A DNA stretch of 64,000 bases from Marsupella aquatica (Eukaryota > Plantae > Marchantiophyta): contig OZ316896.1 of assembly GCA_973895155.1 (NCBI GenBank), forward strand, positions 620,001-684,000. The letters are read 5' to 3'. This document shows positions 1 to 12,349 of this stretch, one piece after another. Each line of letters opens with the position of its first letter. Positions within the stretch are counted from its first letter, which is position 1. A program made the position numbers and the translations under genes. A model generated the notes under the pieces. That model searched no databases, was not told the origin of the DNA, and saw only the letters and a program-made list of their open reading frames with translations.

Positions 1-312
1 AATGCTTTGTCTTTTGTGCTTACTTCATTCTTTTGTTTTTATTCACTTTGTTTGTTTTTAGGTAAGATATATTTAATACTTGCTATTTTAAAGTTCAGCC
101 TAATGTCCCGCCTCCCCCACGTGATCTGATGCCCTACTGGGAGTCTGGGAATTAAGGTGAAGTCCTTTGCTCTTCAAGGGCAAGCGACTTATGTCATAAG
201 ACATAAGCTGATAAGGTCGTAAGTTTCCTGGAAGGTGAGATGATGTGCTCCGTTTTTCAACGTTCCATTCTAGCTAAGGATGCAATCATAGAGAAATCTT
301 TGTTTAATACCC

Positions 313-643
313 TTTTTTTTTTTTTCTTCTTGAACCTAAATTGGGATGAAATACAATTAGACTACCCCCACCCCAATGTGACAGCTTTTCTGAAGGGAAC
401 CCAGACCAGGGTGAGCCCCAATGGATCCCAGAGGGACCCGCACCAGGAAGGAGAGAGTATTACATCAGGGCCACAAAATGGGCAACCAGGGGCTGAGCAG
501 ATAATCAGAGCTCCAATATATTCACTACCCACAAAACCCATCCCACCCACACACATATATCCTCCACACCCCAGTGTGGATTGAACCTGGGACCTCTCAC
601 TTCCAGGCAAATCCCCTAGCCAATTGACCTAAGCCAATTGGTT
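313..643 (-). mobile_element. tRNA-derived SINE (~330 bp) with poly(A) tail and target-site duplication
   Basis: The minus-strand head reads ...TGGCTTAGGTCAATTGG (A-box-like)...GGTTCAATCC (B-box, 578-587). A T-rich run at 313-331 is the A-tail on the minus strand. A flanking direct repeat TTTAATACCC occurs at 303-312 and 644-653. Confidence 0.8.
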
Positions 644-1005
644 TTTAATACCCTCTTGAGTGGTGGGAACTTGGTTGGTTCTCAATCACCAGTGAGAAAA
701 ATATGCATCACTTGATAATTTTTTATTCTATCTTGCTTAGTTTTGAGATTTTGGGAGACAACATGATCATTATTTGGATGGGTTTCTTTGGTAGGCAATT
801 CAAAACATTCATAGAGGGTGGTTCCATCAGATACTCTTATCCATTTATAAAAGGCATTTTTGTCAGAGAATTTCAATGATGTTAGAACATGCTCAAGTTT
901 GAACCATTTATCCTAGATTGCTAGCTGTGGGTACCTAACGTACCTAGCTGAGGCACGCTAGTACCTCAGTTTGTAGACTTGCCCACTACCCACCTGCCCT
1001 CCATG

Positions 1006-1290
1006 TCCACTTGGAGACTTAGTTATGACACTAGATGTGGACTTTTAGCTTTGTCATCACTTATGTAGATGTGGAACATTAGCTATGCACACCATGGATA
1101 TCCACTTGGAGACTTAGTTATGACACTAGATGTGGACTTTTAGCTTTGTCATCACTTATGTAGATGTGGAACATTAGCTATGCACACCATGGATATCCAC
1201 TTGGAGACTTAGTTATGACACTAGATGTGGACTTTTAGCTGTGTCATCACTTTATGTAGATGTGGACCATTAGCTATTCACACTATGACA
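1006..1290. repeat. 95-bp tandem repeat, 3 copies
   Basis: Unit TCCACTTGGAGACTTAGTTATGACACTAGATGTGG... starts at 1006, 1101 and 1196. Confidence 0.95.
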
Positions 1291-1292
1291 CT

Positions 1293-1530
1293 ATTTTTAT
1301 TTATTTATTTTTTTGTTGGGGGGGGGGGGGGTGAAAATTCGTGTTTAATAGAAATGCCACCGCGGTGAAAAGATGGGCCATCTGTACATCGACTAATGTC
1401 GCTCATGCTCAAAGAGATCCAGAATTGGACGTGATGGAGTGTGAGGAAGGTATGTGTCAGAGCTGAAGCCAGAGCAATCTTGAATCCATGAGAGAACTCG
1501 ACCAGGCAGGTAACCCACAATCTTTGCACT
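1293..1530 (-). mobile_element. Short 3'-end remnant of the same LINE family as 2212-3620
   Basis: (TTTA)n followed by GGTGAAAATTCGTGTTTAATAGAAATGCCACCGCGG resembles (TTTA)n GGTGAAAATAAGTGTTTATTAGAAAAGCTACCGCGG at 2212-2266. The right boundary is uncertain. Confidence 0.55.
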
Positions 1531-2211
1531 TGTGAACATTAAACCACACCTGCCCCTATAAAAGCCCCATTTGATGCCTCACTACTCACCTTTTACATTC
1601 AAGGGAACTCAGGGGAAATTGTGAATGGTTCTGAACATTTGCTTTTCCTAAACCCAAAACTCCCAATTTGAGAAAAACCTTATAGGTTGTGAATGTCATG
1701 GTCCATCACTCAAAGCTCTCCTTTGGTAGAGAACTGGCACGCCCTATAGCAATTAGGGACTCTTACTACCCTACCCCAAAAGCAAACTGTAATTATCAAC
1801 CTGCCCCCAAACTAATATGTGGATTACATAAACCACCCAAGGCGACCCACCACTGATCTGTGGCTTATGGCAGCTGCCTGGCCAGGCACCACCATTCCGG
1901 ACTCTGTCGGGCCCCTCCCCTAGACTCACTGCCAACCTGGCAACTTGTCTCCCATTGTGATTTCATCTCCTCTGTTGTGACTACAACTCTCCCACCTGAG
2001 CAGAGCATTGACACAAACTTTCAGAGACTGGTGATAGGGGCTCACAAAGGCTGGGGGAAGAGGAGGGTGCAGCTGCAACATGGGAGATTTGTAGTTGTGA
2101 AGAAGGGGGGTGGACATAGTCCTAATGGAGCCTGGCAGGGCCTGGCTGGGCAACTGCTAAGCTGATGGCCAGAGGGTAGGCCTTGGACCAATGGTGGATC
2201 ACCTTGGATAG

Positions 2212-3620
2212 TTTATTTATTTATTTATTTGGTGAAAATAAGTGTTTATTAGAAAAGCTACCGCGGCAAAGACCAGCAAGGCAGACAACAAACCACACAG
2301 AGGGCCACACACACCCCAAACGATGACAAAATGCCAACAACTACCCCAACAGTAGACAAGGTCCCTCCTAAAGAACGGCCAAGGGGGGAGAAAGCAAAAA
2401 AATTAAGCTACACAACAGGCAGACAAGGCACCGCCCGCAGGCAAAGGGGGGCCTCAGCACTAGAATGAACAGGGTTCCAACAATAAAGACCTAAGTAAGC
2501 TATGCGTGACCAGTGCCAATAGAAGCCCGAGCAGTCAAATCAATGAGTTCAAGAAGGGTCTGATGTAACCGTCTGGCCTTATGTACAGTACTATGAGTCT
2601 GCTGAAGGGTAGCATGAACTTGAACAACAACTTACATTGTTGAGGATGACGTGCAATGGAAGCCTGGTAGAGGTAGCATGATACATGTGTTGCCGTTGCT
2701 CAACCCAGATGGTGCTTAGCATCTCATGAATGAGGAGAAGGAAACCAGGGTTGTGCTTTTGGGACCTAACAGCAGTGTTAATCTTACCAAAGAAGGAGCA
2801 ACCAACAGCCTTGTTCAGACGGGTGCCAATAGCAAGGATTTTCAAGATGGGTCCAATGGGACCGCAGCCTAGGTTAATCGTAGCACATGTGCTCAATGGT
2901 CTCCATGTGTCCTTGGCAGGCGGTGCAATGGCCATCACTCACCATCCATTTAAAAGCACGCAGATTGGAGAAAAACCCTGCATGGAGCACCTTCCAAAAC
3001 ACTAGTTTAACACTAGGAGAAGTCCAACCTTTCCATAGATGAGTCCACTGCCTCCTCCAGAGTTCTTGTGTGTCAAGAGAGAACCACCTACGGTTGAGTT
3101 GGGCCGTGGGGGTAAGTTGTGGTTGCACCATTGCTGCCCACATCTTGGCAGGAAGGTGCCACCCTCTCTTCACATCATTCGGCCATTTCCAAACCCACCC
3201 CTCAAATGTGAGGAGTCTCCCCGTTGTTGACCCCTTGGATGAGTTCAAAAGACCAAGTATTTGTGGAATAAGTCGGGTAGCGCTATGTCAGGTCAATCGA
3301 AGCAATCCTTGGACCTGTTCTAGAGTTTTTTAACCATGACCAGGTGTGGAGAGGTCTTCCATAATGAAAACCTTGTTAGTTGCAAGAAAACTCAGACCAT
3401 CACGCATCTCGGTGTCTGTGACAGTCACTTGCTGCTCCATAAGGAGGACAAATTGTGCATTTGAGAGGGAACATGGAATTTTCCCAGCAGCTGTGATAAA
3501 GTGGAGATGACAATGGGATAACTCCCAACCCCTAAGCAAACAGTTGAGGGTAGGTGCATTATCTGCCTTCAAGCTAGGGGAGAGAATGAGAAGATCAGTA
3601 GGGTCCCAGAGTTTTGTGAG
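2212..3620 (-). mobile_element. 5'-truncated, frameshifted L1-type LINE (end of ORF2 with zf-RVT, plus 3'UTR)
   Basis: ORF fragments 3330-3572, 2874-3248 and 2591-2938. 'WTHLWKGWTSPSVKLVFWKVLH...CTACQGHMETIEHMCYD' matches the zf-RVT pattern (W..lW.....pKvk.F.W....C..C....EtieHl). An (AAAT)n tail lies on the minus strand at 2212-2230. Confidence 0.8.
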
Positions 3621-3962
3621 GTTGTATTTGAGTTACAGGTGAAATTCATGAACTCCCAAATGATGTCCACAAGAGAACAAACAATTTTCTTGTGTGACTA
3701 ATCTGATTCGCTTTCCGAAAGGGATAAATCGTTGCAGTCACTCTTGAGCAGATTGTTCCAAGTATCAGCATAGCATTTTTGAATCGTGTCATTGTAAGGT
3801 TGATGATGCAAGTCATTCCTTAGTTCCATTGCTTTTGATCTCCTGATTTTCTGGTGTACCCAATCTGTGGGAACCCTTACTAAACAATTGGCCTTCTTGT
3901 GTATGAATGCAGAGGAATGAAGTGATCATTTGGCTGAAGCAGTTCACCCTGGATACAGTTGA

Positions 3963-4186
3963 AGGCTGAAGAAAATAATTGTTGTGCTGCATACCTATCC
4001 TTCTCATAGCATATGTGAAGCTGATTATGATGTATCCAGGCTGAAGAAAATAATTGTTGTGCTGCATGTACCTATCTCTCTCATAGCATATGTGAAGCTG
4101 ATTATGATGTATCCAGGCTGAAGAAAATAATTGTTGTGCTGCATGTACCTATCCTTCTCATAGCATATGTGAAGCTGATTATGATT
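3963..4186. repeat. ~75-77-bp tandem repeat, 3 copies
   Basis: Unit GGCTGAAGAAAATAATTGTTGTGCTGCAT...GTGAAGCTGATTATGAT is repeated three times. Confidence 0.9.
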
Positions 4187-4773
4187 CATATTTCCTTCAT
4201 TCAGACTCTCCGTTAGTCCCTAGTTGTAGATTCACGTACGGATTTCTTGGTACTCTTCTTCCAGGACACGGGATCCAATAATAGTTACACACCTAGTATT
4301 TTCCATGTCATGTCCCATTTTACAAACAGGTGGGCCAAATTCTGCACACGGTGCAGAATTTGCATTTTTGGGTTACTGACTTCAGTATTGTTGACATTCC
4401 AAGGGGTAGTTTTTTAGTTGTTCGGAGGCCAATGGCTATTTTAAGTTTCAATCTTCTGTGGCAAGGCCTTCCCTATTTTAGAACTTCCATGATCCTGAAT
4501 TGGGGCTGATATAGTACACCTGCTTGCAAAGCATGTACGGAATTCGCAGAAAGAATAGTTTTTGGAAGTTCAAAAATCAGAAACACTGTTGCCAAATGGG
4601 TTGAAGATCTCCATAGTTTTAGAAAGCAATCTAGGGACTGAGACATTCGTATATTCTTAACTGACTACGTTCTGGACCAAAACCTGGAGGCATGGGAACA
4701 GGTCCAAATTATGTGGATTCAGCATGTGTCAACGGGTGTGTCGTACCTGCAATTGTAGGCGTGAGGTCAGGTC

Positions 4774-5050
4774 CAGCGAACTTGTTATTAAGGGTTTTAC
4801 TTTTTCGCCAGTGGCAAATGTCAACTCTGTGAAGGAGAAGGTGTTCAAAATATTCTTTATCAATTTCCCTGCAATATTTCCCTGATGGTCGAATCTCCCT
4901 GAATTTAACATGACCGATAGATTCTGTCTAATGGGGCCGGTGATTAGGCCGGACACTGGCTAATGAGACGAAGAAAAGCTAGCAAATTTTCGCCAAAAGT
5001 GGCGAAAGCTTTTTGGGGAGGTGAAATTTTCGCCACTAAAAAAAACACTG
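4774..5050. mobile_element. Non-autonomous hAT-type MITE (277 bp)
   Basis: 8-bp direct repeat GTCAGGTC at 4766-4773 and 5051-5058. Termini are CAG... and ...AAAACACTG, with subterminal TTTTCGCCA/TGGCGAAA motifs. An 8-bp TSD with CAG/CTG ends is typical of hAT elements. Confidence 0.7.
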
Positions 5051-6663
5051 GTCAGGTCCATGAGTTCATTTGGTCATAAACCTCAGGAGGTACTTGCGGA
5101 CGTGGTACATTTGAAAACAAACAAACCTAAAACCTACAGCTACAAGTTCGTACTCTAATTAGTCAATTTTTTAGCTCCTAAGGTTGACTGTTCTCATGTT
5201 CAAAGACGTCATTCAATTCAACTCCCTGGTCAATAGCTTTCCCTTACAAGCATTTTTCTGTATTGAATATTTGCTCGAATAGCCCATCTCAAAAGGAAAA
5301 TCATATAAGCTACAGGATTTTACTCCTATGGAGTTGAAACGTACGTAAAACAACACATCCTCCCCGCGACAGGTTCGTTCCAATGGGTTAAGAAACCGGA
5401 AAGTAATTAGTAGCTTCAGGGGTGAAATAATGCTTTGAGACGGTGTCAGTCCATTCATTCCTACGCCAAAGCATAAGCTGCGCTTTCTCAAAATGTATAC
5501 ACTAGTAAACGTTTGGCAACATACTGGAAGAAGGTTTCTCAGGATCCGCTGGTTTTCTGCAATCCAAGCTCCAGTTGGTCCAAAACTTATTTGTGAAAGC
5601 TCTCTCTTTTCTCTTTTGCCGCTTCTCGTGCATACCGTAAGCTTGACCTACTTTTCAGTTGGGTGATTCACTCACGTCACATAAGAACCTTTGTTATTGA
5701 ACGGCTTGCCAAGTTTGGCATCTCATAGCAATCAAGAACAAGATTGTTTGTCTCCGTGATGCACATTTCGATCACCTAAGAGGAATTGAACCCACTGCCA
5801 GTCAAGGAAAAGATAGGCAGACAAAAAATGGAGAATCCTATCGTTTCCGCAAGAGATGTGTGAAAGAATAAGCATCACAGGCCTGCGTCAAACGAGCATT
5901 CAAACATACAGAAAATCACATTGTTGCATGAGACTGCACAGAGGCTCAATTGTTCCACAATTGCAAGAGTGGGACCTGGCAGCCCATTTTATATGTGCAT
6001 TTGGGCGGGTGGGGAGGTCATTAGCCCGGAGGGATGAGGATGGGGGCGGCTGCGAGACAGGGGTTGGGTGGATCAGACTATGAGGCATGATACAATGGCA
6101 ATTCAGACTAAACTAGCTGAGCTACGAGAACACTAGGACAGGGGACTCTACATGACAAGTTTCCAAATTATGTGGATAAAATTCGAGACAAACCTAGCAG
6201 GATAGAGTAAAATACTTTGTTATAGAGACTAGCAGGACATACTAATCTTTTTTTAACCTGGTTGTTGTAGACGCTGGGTAGATATATTAGTGTGTAGAGC
6301 AGTTTCCGCTTTGTAAATATAGATCAGTCCTGTTAGCAAAATAGTAATCTTCTGCAGTGCTCATGACAAATTGAGATACCATGTAAGACTACTGTGGCTG
6401 TCATTTAACATGAAACTTTTACAGATACTATCCACATGGACAGTGTTTCCTAAATGATTACTTTTCAACATTTGCCATTCTGTAATCTATTGCTACGCAG
6501 TCAACTTTAAATTGATTGCATAAGTTTATTAACAAGGTGAAGAAGTCTCGGCACCTTTTTGGATGATGGATTGACCACCGACTTTATTGAATCTCAAAAT
6601 TTTGCAGGATAAAAATGCCCACACGGGGCTTCTTGCCGCACACTGCTGCTGTAGCTGTTGAGT

Positions 6664-9311
6664 CTAATGAGGTTTAGGCACATGACCGTCGACGGCAAAA
6701 TTTCTAGTTGCAGCAGGAAGGGCAAGGTGCAACCCATCCAGCTCAGGCTTGGCTATCACCTGGCAGCCTAACCTGGACCTGCACAAACATAAACAGTCAA
6801 TTTCCAGCCAGTAATATACAAGAATGCCACTAGAAATGACAAACCAAATCTATGAGTTTTAAGAATGTGTAAGACCCTCTCAGACCCCACAATGCAACAG
6901 ATTCAGAAGTCGTGAAGCACTCACGTCTCAGTTAAACCAAAAGCTAGATCAAGCATATCATTCTCCTCGTCTGATGGCTCCGGTAGCTTATTATACATTT
7001 CTTCATCCTGCACAAACAGGCACGAATGACCACAGCTGTCTTGAGTCAGCCTCTCTAAAATGAGTTGGACTGGGACTCCACCTGACCATATTACACATAT
7101 TTCCTGATGCGTCATCGACACTCTGATATTTCCTTTGTTCTCTCTTTTGGACCAGGATCTCCCCTTACACAGAACAAAAAATTGTAATTATGTGCAGATC
7201 TCTATATGACAGTTTCAACTACAAAAATTGGTAGTTGTAAAAGTTTACCAGGATGCGGTCCTACAGCTGTGCATCAGAATGAAAGATCTGCACAAAACTC
7301 ATTCTTGACACTTAGATTACTAGTACAAAACTCTAATCAATTCCTCTCGTTGACAATAGATCATCCACCCTTCAAGAGGAGATGGCTGCCAGCTGGCAAC
7401 AACGACCCAGACCTTTCAGTAGTCGTCAAAGGTCGGTTCTGTAAATCATTGCGGTGATCTTTTCCTCCCTAAGAACGCAGACAAAAGTCCAAGGCAAAGA
7501 CGGTACAGGTTCCATGAGTTACCATAAATATAACATGGCATGTTGAGCAAGCCAATGAGCCTTCGCAAGCACCTGTTCGAGAAAGTACAATGCAAGGCTG
7601 TCAAAAGGAGTTTTAGTAGCAACTTGCATGGTGTTATCTCTACACGCAATAACTCCGACCTACTCTCAAAGTTTTTTGCGCAAGTTTGTGCAACACATCC
7701 ACAACAATAACCCTATCTGCAGTATAATCTTACTAACAGAATCAACTCAACATTTAGAATGCAGTAAGCTAGGTTCGATCAAGGAGTTTAGATCAAGGAT
7801 TCACGCGATTCGCTTATGCAACAGATCAAAACCATTGCATGCAAACCCACCTTCAAGTTCAATGTCATTCTCATGAGCAGCTTCAAGCATAGACATGCCA
7901 ACTGGAACCTGGATTTTTGTTTCGTCACTGTCCTTGTCAACAAAGGTAACCGAAATCCTGCCGGTAAATGAGGCATCAGTCCAGAAGTATGAATGATACG
8001 ATGTCGTGTACTCACTGTTAAGTTACTACACCTGACCCTACCCTGTTGTTGGGGTAGCCTCACTACACAACGTCAGATGGGCAAGGCCACCAAAAATGCC
8101 TGCGAAAGACAGGGATCTTGAAGTATCGCAGTTTCTAAGGCTTCTTCTTGAAAGGATCTATGGTTGATTAGAAACCGGAAGCACCAAACACAGCTTCTAC
8201 TTCTGGACCCAGAACCAAGAGCGTGTTCGAGAGGGTTCTCATCGGATCTTCAAACTGTATAGCTCGTCTACGATACAATATCCTAGGATTATAATCCTGT
8301 AACCAGTTAGTTTTCACTATCTTGATGGGTGATATTTATGGAAGAAGTAATCTCCCCTACCCTGCTCTACTTGCATTCGAAAATTCAAGATGATGCGGGT
8401 CAGCTACATGAGAACTGCACCCATTTAGACCTATGCACAACTGGTCAGTTCCGTGGGAAGTGATACATACTTTTCTGCTCCTTCAAAATTTGTTCCAGAC
8501 GTATGCCAACACCTCTGCTCGTACGAAAACGCTGGTCACCAGAACAAATAGTTCAGATTCTACTCAAGAGCATATATAATTCTGTCAAAGCTTGTTCATA
8601 AATTTCTCAGGCACCCCGAACTTCAGATTTGCCTACAGCTAACTTGAAACACGAGAAGAAGAGGCACAAAGGCAAAGGGACCAAACCACACAAAAAGAAT
8701 TTCTCCAACGGGCCATACTTCCGTTCTTTTCGTGCAAGATTTATTTGTGCAGCTGTCCCATTTCAACTGAGAACAGAACGAAATTCTGAAGAAAACTAAA
8801 AGGTTTTAATTCCAGTGCCCCATGTCCAGACCTCTAACAGAACGAATCTGTAGAGAATCCAAATTTACTTAAAGCTTCTTAAGGTGTGGACCTTCCAAGT
8901 TGAAGAGAAGAAGAAACGAACATATCGTGATCCATTCAGCTTATCGATTAGGAATGTATTTCAATCCTGGATTCAAATGTTACAAGAATTTCACGGTATA
9001 GTTGTAGAATTTATGGGGTTACCTCTAGTCAAAGAATCAGGTCGAGAACGTCGTTGGAATTCGAACCGATCTGCTGAGCCTGCCATCGTGGACATCTCAT
9101 GGCCTTGCGACCCAAAGCGTCTAGGCGATGCAATTTCATTTCTCGTTTCTTTTCCGAAAGCTCTTCTTCCATCATTCCTTGTAGCCAAATTGGTGAAGCT
9201 ATAGTTCCGATGTATTCCTTGTGCATTATTAGGTTTTGTCCAGGGAGCAGAAAAATAATTCCTCCTCTCTAATAAAGATTGTAAACTCGTAGCAACTCGT
9301 CGACGGCCCAT
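6664..9311 (-). CDS. MFDX: Mitochondrial adrenodoxin-like [2Fe-2S] ferredoxin, 6 exons, ~234 aa
   Basis: Exons 9311-9023, 8531-8471, 7957-7851, 7572-7523, 7007-6925 and 6778-6664; all introns GT-AG with consistent phases (705 nt total). Translation includes ISVTFVDKD...[28 protein letters not shown]...[25 protein letters not shown]...PAATRNFAVDGHVPKPH*. The Arg/Ser-rich N-terminus resembles a mitochondrial presequence. Exons 1-2 are less certain. Confidence 0.9.
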
Positions 9312-9569
9312 TAGCAAACAATGCCCACTCTCGCATTATATACGCAGCAGACGTATGGACCTCGGATGAGCTCGAGAGCTGAAATTGGTACAGTACATAA
9401 CTGTGTTCATCACCGAGAGCCCGCGAAAGTGCAGATCCTTTCTGTCAGCGCGTGGGGATTTCCCGATAGCTTGAAGCTTGAGATGTACGCAAGCCGAGCG
9501 CAATCTACTGGATGTTTCGCGTTGGTGACTGTCATTTCCTCAACTCCTCGAATGATCGAAAAGCATATA

Positions 9570-10200
9570 TCACACTCCACAAAGGCAGAAAAGGCCCAAC
9601 TGGGAGATATGATCCCAAAACTGCCCAAGGCAAAAATATATCACACTGCCCAAGGCAAAAATGCCAAACCAGGAGACAAGGTCCCAGTGGCAAAGCAACC
9701 CAATAAAGGGGGAAGAAAAGAGGGGAAAAAGCCCAGAGAAAAAACAAGCCAAGGGGCCCCCAAATCACAAGCAGACCAAAAAAAACCAATAAAGGAGCCG
9801 TGAAGGCCAACACTCTAGTGAGCCCTACTGAGCGGAGAACTGAAACGTCTGGTAGAGCTCCGAAGTACACCGCAAAGGAGGGTCCCGAAGTGGAACCTGA
9901 TGGGAGGCCCTAAAACCAATTGCCTCAGCCTACGAAGAAGGGTGAAAGCCTGGGCCCGTTGAAGAGCCACAAACACCCGCTGCCGAAAAAAGGCGGCGAG
10001 GACAGAAACCGGGGGGAAAAGCCTCCTCACAATACAATAAACAACACAGGCCCGCAGGAACTGGTCAAAGGTAGGGTGGAGAGCACCAAAAACCTCAAGG
10101 GCAAAGGGGTAGAAAAAATCCCCTGGGTAGTGAACTGCATAGGAGTCCTCCTTGAGCCGGGCCGCCTTGGCAGCTGCATGGCCAGGGACATGGGCAGCAA
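9570..10200 (-). mobile_element. Probable decayed retroelement (LINE 3' region-like) fragment upstream of MFDX
   Basis: A/C-rich, GACAAGGTCCC-containing sequence of the same style as the LINE 3'UTR at 2280-2460, with a short internal repeat (ACTGCCCAAGGCAAAAAT). No protein motif recognised. Confidence 0.35.
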
Positions 10201-10959
10201 CCGTGAACTATCTATATTGATTGTGTCGACTACAAGTGCATTGGATGATTCTTGATCTTATTGTCGAGAAGGACGTCATAGTTTAGACGACCACAAGTCA
10301 GGTCAGTTGTTGGCCATTGGATAGAGGTACAGTACACACACCATGACATTTCCAAAGAAGACCAGTACCTCAAATTAACTAACCTGGTGTGAAGCTGAAC
10401 AAAGTTCAGTCTAAGTGATGGGGCCCAAAAATAGCCCTAGAATGTATTTGAAATGGCATTGTCAAGTGTATTGGCAAAACCTAACATCTTATGTGTACAG
10501 TAACTTATGGCCTGAAGCAAGTAATGGGCTCTGATCCCTAGGAGCAGTGGGCCTGAGTGTGTTAGGTAGATCCATGGCCCTAGAAGAGGGCATGGGTTAG
10601 CAAGTGAGACTCAAGGAGGCTGGGTGGGGGATTATGAGACTTGGAACCCCCTAGCTAGCAAGGGGGTTGACTGAGGACCTCCCCTGAAACTACAAAGGAA
10701 ATAAGAGAGAAGTTTATGTGTAGGGTAACCGATGACTGCAAGGGGGTTATGGGCTATAATCCCTAATGGCGGTGAGCACAAGGGGGTTATAGCCATGGCC
10801 CCAGGGCATAACCTTCCAAGTGTATTTTTTTGGTTCTATTTTGATCTAATAATTGTGCATGAAATTGGATAATCCTGAAGGCGAGCTAGCCACGGGCCAA
10901 AATCTCACAATCCGTAGGTCAGACTGGAAGACGTTATCTTACTTATAAAGCACCAACTA

Positions 10960-11330
10960 CAAGCTAGAATTGGGGCCTAGGCTTCTAGAGTGAAGCCTCT
11001 AGACCATAATTCCATGGCTCATCTTGTGGAGGGGAAAACTCATGACTATCATGTTATTCAAATAATAATCATACTTTTTCGTTATGACTTCTATTTATAT
11101 GAAAAAATGAGTTCTATGGCCCCATCATAACATATGTGCATAGAAAAAGTGATATGTGTAGAAAAGAACATGGTATGTTATATATGATTATTAGAATGAT
11201 AGCATGCATAATATTTTTTAATTATTTTATTAACATTAAAAAATATAGTTAAAGAATATATTTTGGTGACATTTTTATTGTACTCCTCTTTATTCTCGTT
11301 CTTTGAATGGGTAGTCAGGACTAGTGATTC
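10960..11330 (+). repeat. Dispersed repeat family, copy 1 (others at ~39957-40210 and, inverted, ~25950-26040)
   Basis: Shared blocks with 39957-40210: TAGAATTG..CTAGGCTTCT.GAGTGAAG.CTCTAGACC, GGCCCCA.C.TAA.ATATGTGCA and TTTTG.TGACA...GGGTAGTC.GGACTAGT. Confidence 0.65.
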
Positions 11331-12349
11331 ATAATTGTCCAAAAAATACAACCAAAAAACTACAAGAGATTTATTTTTATTGTGATAATGTAAGTTTGGT
11401 CACTCGCTTGGTTAGTTTTGCGGTGAGTTTAGACGACCGCAGGTCAGGTCAGGTCAGTTCAGTTAGCCATCAGATCGAGGTTCACTACACACACAATGCG
11501 CGGGAAAATTTGCCCTGTGGTCTAATCGCCCACGTTGCAAATTACATTCTGGACTCTGCGAACCTCAAGGAAATCGAACAGCGAACGCCCTCCTTGTGTC
11601 TATTTGTGAATCCTTCGAATTTCCCAGCTCAGAGTAGATGTCAATGGGCGGGAGTGTGCAGATTGAGTAAACCAGAAGCTCGTCTCTTTACTGATCTTGG
11701 AGTTGAAATCACTCGATTTCGATTCACAAGTATTGAATGGAATTGAGTCGGCGAGTTCAATGTGCATTCGTATGGAAGGATTGATACATTGAGACGTGCA
11801 TTGAGTGCGATTGAGGTCGCTCACTGGAAGAGCAGCTCGTGCTACGGAAGTAGCAAGCTCTGGGAGAAAAGGAGACGCGGAAATGAAGACCGCGGACGAT
11901 CGTGTGATTCCTGTGATGGGCGATTGGAGCAAGTTCCAGTCGCCTGTGCAATTGGACGGAATGGTTTTGACAGACGATTGGAATCGAATTGCGGGACTGC
12001 CTCAACTCTAGCTTCCGCTGGGATGGGACGGGACGGGAGCTGACTCAAATGTCTGCGGGAATGGAGAATATCAATACGCATCTATGAGGTGGCGGTCTGG
12101 TCTCATGTGCAATGGGGCACACAAACCAGTAGCTCTTGTGGACTTTGTGAGAAGATTTTAGAAGTTTGGCCCGGGAAAGGGGAGGAGGCGAAGATAACCT
12201 TTCTTAGCGAGACAGAGGAAGACAAAGAGAAAGAGAAAGAGAGAGAGCTAATCAGTAGATTTGAGATTCTTGGGGAAAATTGAATTAGTTTCTGAATCCA
12301 GGGACCGCAAGAAGGGTGTAGGTTTTAACAGCGAGTAGCGAGAGAGAAT

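Noticed and set aside
1006-1290. Regularly spaced repeats (also 19920-20346 and 27598-27856) as a CRISPR-like array
   Set aside because: Units are repeated along their whole length with no unique spacers. The context is a eukaryotic genome with no cas genes.
9321-10255. ORFs of 160 aa and 111 aa (+) and 112 aa (-)
   Set aside because: Low-complexity K/P/Q-rich translations of a repeat-like segment, with no domain motif.
11324-12283. Several 60-140 aa ORFs upstream of POLD1
   Set aside because: Mostly non-ATG starts, overlapping on both strands, with no motifs. Probably promoter or 5'UTR sequence.
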